This document shows, in pieces, positions 1-8,674 of a stretch of DNA of 64,000 nucleotides (position 1 is the stretch's first letter; each line of letters begins with the position of its first letter). The translations under genes and the position numbers were made by a program. The notes under the pieces were generated by a model that was given only the letters and a program-made list of their open reading frames with translations, was not told where the DNA came from and did not search any database. The DNA is from an uncultured Bacteroidota bacterium (GTDB taxonomy: Bacteria; Bacteroidota; Bacteroidia; Bacteroidales; P3), in the NCBI GenBank assembly GCA_902771735.1, contig CACXXO010000010.1, forward strand, positions 4,056-68,055, read 5' to 3'.

Positions 1-68
1 ATGGTCTTCAATTTGGTTTCGCCGAAGATTTAGTCCTTTGGATAATCGGAGGTTTCGGGCCTGTAGAC

Positions 69-362
69 ATGCAACCTGACGGAATAAAATTTGAATATGT
101 TCCACTCTCGGATTTTCCTAATGGAGGAAAGGCATTGCTCCATTACATAACAGCATGCGATGCGGCAGAGGGTTTCAGTGTGTATAGATTTAAATCACCA
201 GTTTTCGCTGGTAGATATGTTAAAGAAGTGAATATATATCTTATCCAATGTACCAACAATGGAACATCCTATTTTGCCAGTGCTAATCTTGATGCCTTGC
301 GTTCATTCGTTCTTTGTGCAAACGAGGAAATAAGGGATAATAGGTTGAAGAACATCAAATAA
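69..362 (+). CDS. hypothetical small protein (97 aa), no recognisable family
   Basis: Intact ATG ORF in a visibly AT-richer stretch. A perfect hairpin follows about 25 nt downstream. I can assign no family motif. Confidence 0.35.
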   Translation: MQPDGIKFEYVPLSDFPNGGKALLHYITACDAAEGFSVYRFKSPVFAGRYVKEVNIYLIQCTNNGTSYFASANLDALRSFVLCANEEIRDNRLKNIK

Positions 363-386
363 TTCTTATTGGGTATCCTATATAAA

Positions 387-422
387 AGAACCGTCCTGCA
401 TGAGAAAATGCAGGACGGTTCT
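387..422. terminator. perfect 15-bp inverted repeat, candidate bidirectional terminator between convergent genes
   Basis: agaaccgtcctgcat (387-401), loop gagaaa, atgcaggacggttct (408-422). It lies between the 3' ends of ORF 69-362 (+) and purF (-). Confidence 0.6.
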
Positions 423-536
423 TAATCAGTAGTTATGAATGTATAGTGATTCTACATTCCAAACAAATCGGCGGGTATGCTAGTGTGCATTAGCACAAGT
501 CGCAACATAAGGTTATTCATGTACAAGAACTGTCGG

Positions 537-702
537 TCAGTCCTTGCGGATGGGCTGGCTTCGCCCACCCGCCGTTGCCTCGGGAAAATCAGCGGGCTGC
601 TTCTCCGCTCGGCTTTTGGACGGGCTCGCTGGTGAGGCCGATGCCGAGTTTCTTGAAAATCTTGCGGTCCACCTCGCTGGTCATGACGGTGGTGTGCATC
701 TG
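537..702. repeat. copy A of a ~166-bp direct repeat (partner at 6332-6498)
   Basis: Aligned by eye against 6332-6498 at roughly 85% identity. It covers the last ~37 codons, the stop and ~50 nt of 3' UTR of purF. Confidence 0.85.
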
Positions 703-2436
703 TTTGTCGATATAGTTTACGAAGGCTTGGTTGACGAGGCGGGTGCCGCCGGGGGTGGGGTAGTGGCCGGTGAAGTACCAGTCGCCGGGGTGGTTGGGAC
801 AAGCCTCGTGCAGCCCTTCGATGCTTTGGAAAACCAACTCGACGGGAGCCTGCATGTCCTCGGGACGGAGCATCTCCACAATCTTACGGTTGATATCCTC
901 GACGGTGAAGGGCTCATAGATGGCTCGCACGCGATTGTGCATCTCTTCCTTGGGCTTCATCAACTCTCGTTGGCAGGCATGGTAAGTGTCGGCTACCAGC
1001 TGCCGCATGCCTCGTTCCTCGATGAGGGCCATCGTGGCGCGGAAAGCGCAGAATTCTTCCAGACGCGGCATATCGATGCCGTAGTAGTCGGGGTAGCGTA
1101 TCTGCGGAGAACTGCTGACCATCACGATTTTCTTGGGGTGCAGGCGGTCGAGGATTTTGAAGATGCTCTCGCGCAGCGTAGTGCCTCGCACGATGCTGTC
1201 GTCGATGATGACGAGGTTGTCACGGTAGGGCCGCAGGGAGCCGTAGCTGATGTCGTAAACATGGGCGGCGAGGTCGTTGCGCTCGCTGTTGTCGGCGATG
1301 AAGGTACGCATCTTGATGTCTTTCCACACCACCTTTTCCGTCCTCACCTCGTCGTGAAGTTTACGGAAGCCGTCGGTGATGCCGTAGTAGGCCACCTCGG
1401 CGGTGTTGGGGATGTAGGAGAAGACGGTGCTCTTGATGTCTCCGTCGATGGCTTGCAGGATGGCTGGAGTCAGCTGCTCTCCCAGTCGTTTACGCTCCTG
1501 ATAGATGTCGCGGTCGGAACCCCGGCTGAAGTATATGCGTTCAAAACTGCAGGCGCTCAGTTGTCTGGCGGGCATAATCTGTTCCAAATGACTTTCGCCG
1601 TTGCGACGCACGATGAGGGCCTCGCCAGGCATCAACTCATGAATATCGTCGCACTGGAGGTTGAAGGTTGTCTGCAGCACGGGGCGCTCGCTGGCTATAG
1701 CCACAATCTTGTCGTCGCGATAGTAGAACGCCGGACGGATGCCCCAGGGGTCGCGTACGGAAAACATCTCGCCACTGCCCGTGAGGCCGCACATCACATA
1801 GCCGCCGTCGTAGTGCTCCATAGTGGTACGCAGCACATTGGCCATCTCCACATGGTCGTCGATATAACTCGTGATGTCGATGCCTTCAAGACCCTTGGCT
1901 TTTGCCTCCACAAACAGCCGTTCCACCTCGCGGTCGAGGCGGTGTCCCATCAACTCAAGCGTGATGTACGAGTCGCCGTAGATACGCGGTGACTGGCCTT
2001 GGGCGGTGAGGAATTGGAAGACCTCGTCGATGTTGGTCATGTTGAAGTTGCCGCAGAGGCAGAGGTTCTTGGCGCGCCAGTTGTTGCGGCGCAGGAAGGG
2101 ATGCACATATTGCAATCCGCTCTTGCCTGTGGTGGAATAGCGCAGATGTCCCATCAGCAATTCGCCGGCCATCTCCTCTGTTATACGGGAGAAAATCTCC
2201 GAGATGGCGTCCTTACCCTCGGCCCTCTCGCGGAACATATACTCTGTGCCAGGCTTATTGGTCAGGCTTACCGACGCGATGCCGGCGCCCTCCTGGCCAC
2301 GATTGTGCTGCTTCTCCATCATCAGATAGAGCTTGTTGAATCCGTATGCCCACGTGCCGTACTTCCGGACGTAGTAGTCGAGTGGCTTCAGCAGGCGTAT
2401 CATCGCTACGCCGCATTCATGCTTCAGCTGTTCCAT
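589..2436 (-). CDS. purF: amidophosphoribosyltransferase (class II glutamine amidotransferase, long Bacteroidetes type)
   Basis: 615-aa ORF starting MEQLKHECGVAMI (N-terminal Cys nucleophile context). PRPP-binding motif NLVIIDDSIVRGTTLRE is present. The C-terminal 36 aa duplicate the DUF1846 C-terminus. Confidence 0.92.
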   Translation of the reverse strand: MEQLKHECGVAMIRLLKPLDYYVRKYGTWAYGFNKLYLMMEKQHNRGQEGAGIASVSLTNKPGTEYMFRERAEGKDAISEIFSRITEEMAGELLMGHLRYSTTGKSGLQYVHPFLRRNNWRAKNLCLCGNFNMTNIDEVFQFLTAQGQSPRIYGDSYITLELMGHRLDREVERLFVEAKAKGLEGIDITSYIDDHVEMANVLRTTMEHYDGGYVMCGLTGSGEMFSVRDPWGIRPAFYYRDDKIVAIASERPVLQTTFNLQCDDIHELMPGEALIVRRNGESHLEQIMPARQLSACSFERIYFSRGSDRDIYQERKRLGEQLTPAILQAIDGDIKSTVFSYIPNTAEVAYYGITDGFRKLHDEVRTEKVVWKDIKMRTFIADNSERNDLAAHVYDISYGSLRPYRDNLVIIDDSIVRGTTLRESIFKILDRLHPKKIVMVSSSPQIRYPDYYGIDMPRLEEFCAFRATMALIEERGMRQLVADTYHACQRELMKPKEEMHNRVRAIYEPFTVEDINRKIVEMLRPEDMQAPVELVFQSIEGLHEACPNHPGDWYFTGHYPTPGGTRLVNQAFVNYIDKQMHTTVMTSEVDRKIFKKLGIGLTSEPVQKPSGEAAR

Positions 2437-2437
2437 A

Positions 2438-3957
2438 TCAGATGCAGGCTTTGACGAACGACATGAACAGCGGGTGCGGATTCAGCACCGACGAGCTGTA
2501 TTCGGGGTGGAACTGCGTGCCGATATACCAGCGTTTCTCAGGTATTTCCACAATCTCCACCAGGTCGGCGGCGGGGTTGATACCGACACACTTCATACCC
2601 TTTGCCTCATATTCCTTCTTGAAGGCATTGTTGAACTCGTAGCGATGACGGTGGCGCTCCTTGATAAGCGTTTCTTTGCTGTAGGCCTCATGAACGCGGC
2701 TTCCCTCTTTGAGCTGGCAGTCGTAGGCACCCAGTCGCATCGTGCCGCCCATCTGGGTGATGTTCTTCTGCTCCTCCATGATGTCGATGACATTGTGCGG
2801 TGTTTTCTCGTCCATCTCGCGGCTGTTGGCATCCTTATAGCCCAGCACGTTGCGGGCGAACTCGATGACCATCATCTGCATACCGAGGCAAATGCCAAAG
2901 GTGGGGATGTCGTGGGTGCGGGTGTATTCGGCGGCGATGATCTTGCCCTCGATGCCGCGTGTGCCGAAACCGGGGCAGATGACGATACCCGCCAAATCTT
3001 CGAGTTTCTCGCCCACATTCTCTTGGGTAATCTCCTCGCTGTTGACGAAGTGCAGTTTGGCCTTCACGTCGTTGTAGATGCCGGCCAGGTTGAGGCTCTC
3101 GCGGATGCTCTTGTAGGCGTCCTGTAGATCGTATTTGCCCACCAGTCCGATATGCACCTCGCGTTTGGCATTGCGTTGTTTGTCAAGGAAGTCGTGCCAG
3201 GCCTTCATCTCCGGTGTCTCGCCCACGGGGATGCCTATCTTGCGCAGGATGGCGGCGTCCAATCCCTGCTTCTGCATGCTCACCGGCACCTCATAGATGC
3301 TCGGCATATCTTCGCTCTGCACCACGCATTCGAGGTCGACGTTGCAGAACGACGCCACCTTCATGCGCAGGTGGTCGTCGAGGTGGCGCTCGGTGCGGAG
3401 CACCAGGATGTCGGGCTGGATACCCATGCTTTGCAATTCCTTGACGCTATGCTGGGTTGGCTTGGTTTTCAGCTCGTCGGCAGCCTTCAGATAGGGCACA
3501 TAGGTGAGGTGAACACAGACGGCGTTGCGACCCAGCTGCCAGCGTAGCTGACGGATGGCCTCCATAAAGGGTGCGCTCTCGATGTCGCCGATGGTGCCGC
3601 CCACCTCGGTGATGACAAAGTCCAGTTGCTCGTCCTTTTCGTCCTCACGCAACATGCGACGTTTGATTTCGTCGGTGATATGCGGCACCACCTGGATGGT
3701 CTTACCCAGGTAGTCGCCCTTGCGCTCGCGGTCGATGACCGTCTTGTATATGCGACCGGTGCGTCGTCCGTCACGTAGCACTCGCCGTGCTCGTAGGGGT
3801 TCAGGGTGCCGGGGTCGATGTTGATGTAGGGGTCGAATTTCTGAATAGTGACCTTATAGCCGCGTGCCTGCAGCAGGCGGCCGATGCTGGCGGAGATGAT
3901 GCCCTTCCCAAGAGAGGAAACCACGCCGCCCGTAACGAAGATGTACTTTGTGTCCAT
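2438..3957 (-). pseudogene. pyrG: CTP synthase interrupted by an internal out-of-frame deletion near 3760-3770
   Basis: The N-terminal piece [20 protein letters not shown]...[13 protein letters not shown] (ATG at 3957) runs out of frame. The rest, (T)[32 protein letters not shown]...GTQFHPEYSS to the stop at 2438, is in another frame. The conserved DLDLGHYERF segment (~24 aa) that normally lies between them is absent. Confidence 0.85.
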
Positions 3958-4000
3958 AAAATGATAAAAATTATATATTATTATTGGATTGCATGATTTT

Positions 4001-6196
4001 TTAGTGCGAGAAGAGAATCTCCCGGTATTTTGGCAACGGCCACAGCTCGTCGTCGACGATGAGTTCGAGTTTGTCGACGTGGTAGCGAATGGGGTCGAAG
4101 TAAGGCAGGACGGTGTCGTGGTAGGCGATGGCACGCTCCCGTTCGTTGGCGATGTGGTTGGCCTGCTTGCGGGCTTCTACCATGTTGTCCACATTCTGCT
4201 TGATGGTGGCGATGTGCTCCGAGAGTTCTTCTATCAGCGAGTCGTCGTGGGCTGAGAGGGTACGGGCTTTGTCGATGTCATAGACCTGCCGCATCTTGTA
4301 TACGTTGTCGAGCAGCGTCGACTGATAGCGGGTAGCCACAGGAATGATGTGGTTGAGGACGATGTCGCCCAGCACACGGGCCTCGATCTGCACTTTTTTG
4401 ATGTAGGTGTCCCACTTCACCTCGTTGCGTGCGGCCAGTTCGGTGCGATTCATCACACCGGTGGCCTCGAACATCTGCACCGACGAAGGCGATATGTATG
4501 CATCGTAGATGAGTGGCACGCTGCTTTCGCAATCCAAGCCGCGCCGCTGCGCCTCCTGCCGCCACTCGTTGCTGTAGCCGTTGCCGTCGAAACGGATGGC
4601 TTTCGACTCGCGGATATACTCACGCAGCACTTCGAAGATGGCGTGCTCCTTCTGTTCGCCTGAAGTCATACGTGCATCCACCTCGCGGCGGAACTCCTTC
4701 AGCTGTGAGGCGACGGCGGTGTTGAGGGCTATCATGGCACAGCCACAGTTGGCTGAGGAACCTACGGCGCGGAACTCGAAGCGGTTGCCAGTGAAGGCGA
4801 AAGGTGATGTTCTGTTGCGGTCGGTGTTGTCCACCAGCACCTCGGGGATGTGTGCCACGCCGAGCTGCATACGGCGTTTTTCGTCGAGTACGATGGCCTG
4901 CTCCTTGTCGGCATTCTCCAGTTGGTCGAGTACCGCCGAGAGCTGGCTGCCTAGGAAGACGCTGATGATGGAGGGCGGAGCCTCCTGGGCACCCAGACGG
5001 TGGGCGTTGGTGGCCGTCATAATGGAGGCCTTCAGGAGGGCGTTGTGCTTCTTGACGGCCATCATCACGTTGACCAGGAAGGTGACGAAGCGTAGGTTCT
5101 CCTCGGGAGTCTTGCCGGGGGTGAGGAGGCCAACGCCGGTGTCGGTGCCCAGCGACCAGTTGCAATGTTTGCCTGAACCGTTGACGCCGGCGAAAGGCTT
5201 CTCGTGCAACAGCACCTTGAAGCCGTGACGGCTGGCTACCTTGTGCATCAGCGACATGAGTATCAGGTTCTGGTCGACGGCCAGGTTGGTCTCATTATAG
5301 ATAGGCGCCAGCTCGAACTGGTTGGGTGCCACCTCGTTGTGGCGGGTCTTGCAGGGAATGGCGTATTTGTATGCCTCGAACTCCAACTCCTTCATAAATG
5401 ATTGTACACGGGCGGGGATAGCGCCGAAGTAGTGGTCCTCGAGCTGCTGGTTCTTGGCCGATTCGTGCCCCAGCAGCGTGCGACCAGTCAGCAGCAGGTC
5501 GGGACGGGCGGAATATATGGATTCGTCGACAAGGAAATACTCCTGTTCCCAACCCAGATAAGAATAGACTTTATGCACGGCGGGGTCGAAGAGATGACAC
5601 ACGTTGGTGGCGGCGCAATCGACGGCGTGCAACGCCTTGAGCAGCGGCGTCTTGTAGTCGAGAGCCTCGCCGGTATAGGAGACAAAGACGGTGGGGATGC
5701 AGAGGGTGTCGTCGACCATGAAGGCCGGCGACGAGGTGTCCCAGGCGGTGTAGCCACGAGCTTCGAAGGTATTGCGGATGCCGCCGTTGGGGAAACTGGA
5801 GCCGTCGGCCTCCTGCTGCGCCAGCAGTTTGCCCGAGAACTCCTCGATGACGTCGCTTCCCGGCTGACCGGCATATTCGATGAAGGCGTCATGTTTCTCG
5901 GCCGTGCCCTCGGTGAGTGGCTGGAACCAGTGGGTGTAGTGCGTGGCGCCCATGTCCAGCGCCCAGTTCTTCATGCCTACAGCCACATTGTTGGCCATTT
6001 CGCGGTTGAACGGAGCCCCGTTGTCGAGCACATCGCAGAACGCCCTATAGGTCTCGGTCGAGAGGTAGCGTGCCATTTGTTTTCGTCCAAAAATGTGGCT
6101 ACCGTAATAATCGGAAACCATGCCGGCAGGAGGCTGGACGGCGACCGCCTTCTTGGCGAAGGCCTCCTGCAACACTTTAAATCTTAGATTACTCAT
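4001..6196 (-). CDS. glnN: glutamine synthetase type III
   Basis: 731 aa, which is the GSIII length. Contains [16 protein letters not shown] and [18 protein letters not shown] motifs. Confidence 0.92.
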   Translation of the reverse strand: MSNLRFKVLQEAFAKKAVAVQPPAGMVSDYYGSHIFGRKQMARYLSTETYRAFCDVLDNGAPFNREMANNVAVGMKNWALDMGATHYTHWFQPLTEGTAEKHDAFIEYAGQPGSDVIEEFSGKLLAQQEADGSSFPNGGIRNTFEARGYTAWDTSSPAFMVDDTLCIPTVFVSYTGEALDYKTPLLKALHAVDCAATNVCHLFDPAVHKVYSYLGWEQEYFLVDESIYSARPDLLLTGRTLLGHESAKNQQLEDHYFGAIPARVQSFMKELEFEAYKYAIPCKTRHNEVAPNQFELAPIYNETNLAVDQNLILMSLMHKVASRHGFKVLLHEKPFAGVNGSGKHCNWSLGTDTGVGLLTPGKTPEENLRFVTFLVNVMMAVKKHNALLKASIMTATNAHRLGAQEAPPSIISVFLGSQLSAVLDQLENADKEQAIVLDEKRRMQLGVAHIPEVLVDNTDRNRTSPFAFTGNRFEFRAVGSSANCGCAMIALNTAVASQLKEFRREVDARMTSGEQKEHAIFEVLREYIRESKAIRFDGNGYSNEWRQEAQRRGLDCESSVPLIYDAYISPSSVQMFEATGVMNRTELAARNEVKWDTYIKKVQIEARVLGDIVLNHIIPVATRYQSTLLDNVYKMRQVYDIDKARTLSAHDDSLIEELSEHIATIKQNVDNMVEARKQANHIANERERAIAYHDTVLPYFDPIRYHVDKLELIVDDELWPLPKYREILFSH

Positions 6197-6331
6197 TGTT
6201 TAGATGATGGCTATATGGTGGTATTAATATTGGTTGCTGAATATCGGCTTTGACGGATACTGCTAAAAAACAAAGTATTTCCCGCTAGGTATTGTTTTCT
6301 GGCGGGTGGTTTGTATATGCAAGTGGTTATA

Positions 6332-6498
6332 TCAGTCCTTGCGGATAGGCTGACTTCGCCCACCTGTATGGCGCCTCGGGAGAATCAGCGAGCTGCCTCT
6401 CCGCTCGGCTTTTGAACAGGTTCGGAGGTGAGGCCGACGCCGAGTTTCTTGAAGATTTTGCGGTCCACTTCGCTGGCCATGACGGTGGTGTGCATCTG
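6332..6498. repeat. copy B of the ~166-bp direct repeat (partner at 537-702)
   Basis: Same orientation as copy A. It covers the C-terminal codons, the stop and the 3' UTR of the DUF1846 gene. Confidence 0.85.
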
Positions 6499-7866
6499 GC
6501 AGCCGTCGAGCATGGGGAGGCTGTCGAGGGCGCGACGGCAGTTGTCGTCGAGGAGGCTGAGGATGGAGAGGGTTACCAGCACCTCGTCGGTGTGCAGGCG
6601 CGGGTTGCTGCCGTGCAGCATGCTGACCTTTGTGTGCTGGATGGGCTCTATCATCTTCTGCGAGATGAGTTTGACGCTGTGGTCGATGCCGGCGAGGTGC
6701 TTGAGGGCGTTGAGCAGCAGGGCTGCGCAGGCGCCGAGCAGGTCGCTGGTGGTGGCTGTGATGATGGTGCCGTCGGCCAGCTCGATGGCTGCCGAGGGTG
6801 CCCCCTCGTGGTCGCGGCGCTCCTTGGCGGCGACGGTGGCGCGGCGGTCGTCGGTGCTGATCTTGGCCTGCTTCATGAGCAGGGCTATCTTGCTTACCTC
6901 GCTGTCGGTGGCCTTGCCGTTGGCATAGTCGCAGAGGGCTGTGTAGTAGCGGCGGATAATCTCGTCCTTCGAGGCCTGGCAGCAGACGTCGTCGTCGCAG
7001 ATGCAGAAGCCGGCCATGTTGACACCCATGTCGGTGGGCGACTTGTAGGGGTTCTCGCCGTAGATGCCGTCGAAGATGGCGTTCAAGACGGGGAATATCT
7101 CGATGTCGCGGTTGTAGTTGACGGCCGTCTTGCCGTAGGCTTCGAGGTGGAAGGGGTCGATCATGTTCACGTCGTTGAGGTCGGCGGTGGCGGCCTCGTA
7201 GGCGATGTTGACGGGGTGCTTCAGGGGAATGCTCCAGATGGGGAAGGTCTCGAACTTGGCGTAGCCGGCCTTGATGCCACGCTTGTTCTCCTGGTAGAGC
7301 TGGCTGAGGCATACGGCCATCTTGCCGCTGCCGGGCCCCGGGGCGGTGATGACCACCAGCGGGCGCGTGGTCTCGACGTAGTCGTTCTTGCCGAAGCCTT
7401 CGTCGCTGTCGATGAGCTCCACGTTGGTGGGGTAGCCCTCGATTATATAGTGATAGTAGGCCTTGATGCCCATGCGGTGGAGGCGCTCGTGGTAGGCGGT
7501 GGCGCTGGCTTGTCCGCTGTAGTGGGTGATGACAACGCCCGAAACCATGAAGCCGCGCTCCATGAAGGCCTCGCGCAGGCGCAGCACGTCCTCGTCGTAG
7601 GTGATGCCGAGGTCGCCGCGCTTCTTGTTTTTCTCAATGTCCACAGCGCTGATGACGATGACGATTTCGGCATCGTCCTTCAGCTGGGTGAGCATCTTGA
7701 GCTTGCTGTCGGGCTCAAATCCCGGCAGGACACGACTGGCGTGGTAGTCGTCGAACAGTTTACCGCCAAATTCAAGATAAAGCTTATTGCCGAACTTGGA
7801 GATGCGCTCCTTGATGTGTTCGGACTGTATCCGAAGATACTTCTCGTTGTCAAACCCGTATTTCAT
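6385..7866 (-). CDS. DUF1846 / UPF0371 family protein
   Basis: MKYGFDNEKYLRIQSEHIKERISKF... resembles the UPF0371 family, as does the family-typical C-terminus ...CQMHTTVMASEVDRKIFKKLGVGLTSEP. The start is taken at the internal ATG (7866), not the 7953 ORF start. Confidence 0.75.
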   Translation of the reverse strand: MKYGFDNEKYLRIQSEHIKERISKFGNKLYLEFGGKLFDDYHASRVLPGFEPDSKLKMLTQLKDDAEIVIVISAVDIEKNKKRGDLGITYDEDVLRLREAFMERGFMVSGVVITHYSGQASATAYHERLHRMGIKAYYHYIIEGYPTNVELIDSDEGFGKNDYVETTRPLVVITAPGPGSGKMAVCLSQLYQENKRGIKAGYAKFETFPIWSIPLKHPVNIAYEAATADLNDVNMIDPFHLEAYGKTAVNYNRDIEIFPVLNAIFDGIYGENPYKSPTDMGVNMAGFCICDDDVCCQASKDEIIRRYYTALCDYANGKATDSEVSKIALLMKQAKISTDDRRATVAAKERRDHEGAPSAAIELADGTIITATTSDLLGACAALLLNALKHLAGIDHSVKLISQKMIEPIQHTKVSMLHGSNPRLHTDEVLVTLSILSLLDDNCRRALDSLPMLDGCQMHTTVMASEVDRKIFKKLGVGLTSEPVQKPSGEAAR

Positions 7867-7911
7867 AATGATAAATGATATATATGTGTTAAAAACAAAA
7901 AATACGGAATA

Positions 7912-7919
7912 CAAAAATA
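7912..7919 (-). promoter_or_regulatory. Bacteroidetes -7 box TATTTTTG for the DUF1846 gene
   Basis: The minus strand reads TATTTTTG (TAnnTTTG consensus), 46 nt upstream of the ATG at 7866. Confidence 0.4.
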
Positions 7920-8034
7920 GGAACATTTTTGATACTGGCAAAAATTTTAACATTTATTTACCTTTATAACATTGAATTATAGCAAGAAAAAAATTTTGAT
8001 CTCATTTACGGAATCCTGTGTAACGAAGAAATTA

Positions 8035-8066
8035 TTTGTCCGGTTGGATGATTTTTCGTACCTTTG
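8035..8066 (+). promoter_or_regulatory. Bacteroidetes promoter, -33 TTTG / -7 TACCTTTG
   Basis: TTTG at 8035-8038 and TACCTTTG at 8059-8066 are separated by 20 nt. The box ends 20 nt upstream of the ATG at 8086. Confidence 0.5.
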
Positions 8067-8085
8067 CAGCCTAAAAAAACGAACT

Positions 8086-8385
8086 ATGTACGATGTGAAA
8101 ATAACAGCCGTCCGCAAGGCGGACTACAAAGATCTGCAGCAGCTCTATGAAAACCCGATAGAGCATTCGTGCGATGTGTGTGAGGGGCAGACGTGGATTT
8201 CCCATGCCGGCACCAAGCCGGAGGGCATGTGCGACAGCGCGTGGGAATCGATGCAGTCGTTTGTCGAGGCTTTGGCCCGTGGCGAGGGAAATTTTTTCGA
8301 CGGCTGGATGAAAAACCCCTTCAGTGCCATGATAAGTTGCAACGACGGCTTCCGTCCGGTGAGTTTTTTGCTCGAAAGAGAATAG
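8086..8385 (+). CDS. TIGR04076-like small Cys-containing protein
   Basis: MYDVKITAVRK...CDVCEGQTW...PEGMCDSAWESM...GEGNFFDGWMKNP...ISCNDGFRPVSFLLER matches my memory of the TIGR04076 family pattern. Confidence 0.55.
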   Translation: MYDVKITAVRKADYKDLQQLYENPIEHSCDVCEGQTWISHAGTKPEGMCDSAWESMQSFVEALARGEGNFFDGWMKNPFSAMISCNDGFRPVSFLLERE

Positions 8386-8429
8386 GCTTGATTTTCAGCG
8401 TTTTGTGATTTTTGCCGCAATGGTGTGTA

Positions 8430-8550
8430 ACTTGTTGATTCTTAACACCAAGTCCGTATCAAGTCCGACTGAAGTCCGAGTCAAGTCCGACTGAAGTCCG
8501 ACCGTGGTTGGAGATGATACGGAGAGGGTACGGAGATGGGACGGTGGAGG
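8430..8550. repeat. 11-nt periodic inverted-array element R1
   Basis: Five tandem 11-nt units NAAGTCCGNNN (8449-8503). A short tccgac/cgtg/gttgga hairpin at the array junction follows. Then come four units NNNNACGGAGA (8504-8547), whose cores are the complement of the left-arm cores. The left flank gtgtgtaacttgttgattctta is shared with R2. Confidence 0.8.
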
Positions 8551-8674
8551 CGCCAATGGCAGGGCAGGGTGGGGGTGTCATGGAGGCTGTTTCGGCTGCC
8601 GACACAATATCTTTTTCCTTTTTACGTTAATGTATCATTACTATAATAAATATAATAGGGACAAAAAACAGGAT

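Noticed and set aside
544-1992. Long antisense ORFs opposite real genes. Examples are 544-1992 (+), 6412-7878 (+), 8627-10171 (-), 16700-19435 (+), 24741-26447 (-), 33083-34648 (-), 39082-40326 (+), 42594-44714 (+), 46564-47616 (-), 55396-56154 (+), 57103-58284 (+) and 58622-61105 (+).
   Set aside because: Each lies exactly opposite a gene with strong family motifs. Their translations are Ala/Gly/Val/Asp/His- or Arg-rich low-complexity strings with no recognisable motif. This is typical of stop-codon-poor shadow frames in GC3-rich coding sequence.
6197-6384. A consensus promoter for glnN.
   Set aside because: Only a 7-of-8 match (TACTTTG, one T short of TAnnTTTG) is present on the minus strand. 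That is too weak to annotate.
4001-8385. Whether purF, pyrG, glnN, DUF1846 and TIGR04076 form a novel glutamine-centred operon.
   Set aside because: The gene order is plausible for ordinary nitrogen and nucleotide metabolism. Promoter-like boxes separate DUF1846 and TIGR04076 (divergent), and the sequence shows nothing beyond adjacency. The repeat bracketing the block is reported separately.
8449-8547. Whether the 11-nt arrays (R1-R5) could be CRISPR arrays.
   Set aside because: The units are only 11 nt and directly abut each other with no unique spacers. The arrays are inverted rather than direct overall, and there are no cas genes in the window.
8504-8674. The N-terminal extension of the dipeptidase ORF, and ORF 22421-22690, both of which read through repeats R1 and R2.
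   Set aside because: The translations (…GGGANGRAGWGCHGGCFGC…, …SSPTQLRINSESSPTGVGDDSEKV…) merely reflect the repeat units. A proper signal-peptide start exists at 8675, and 22421-22690 crosses an intrinsic terminator.
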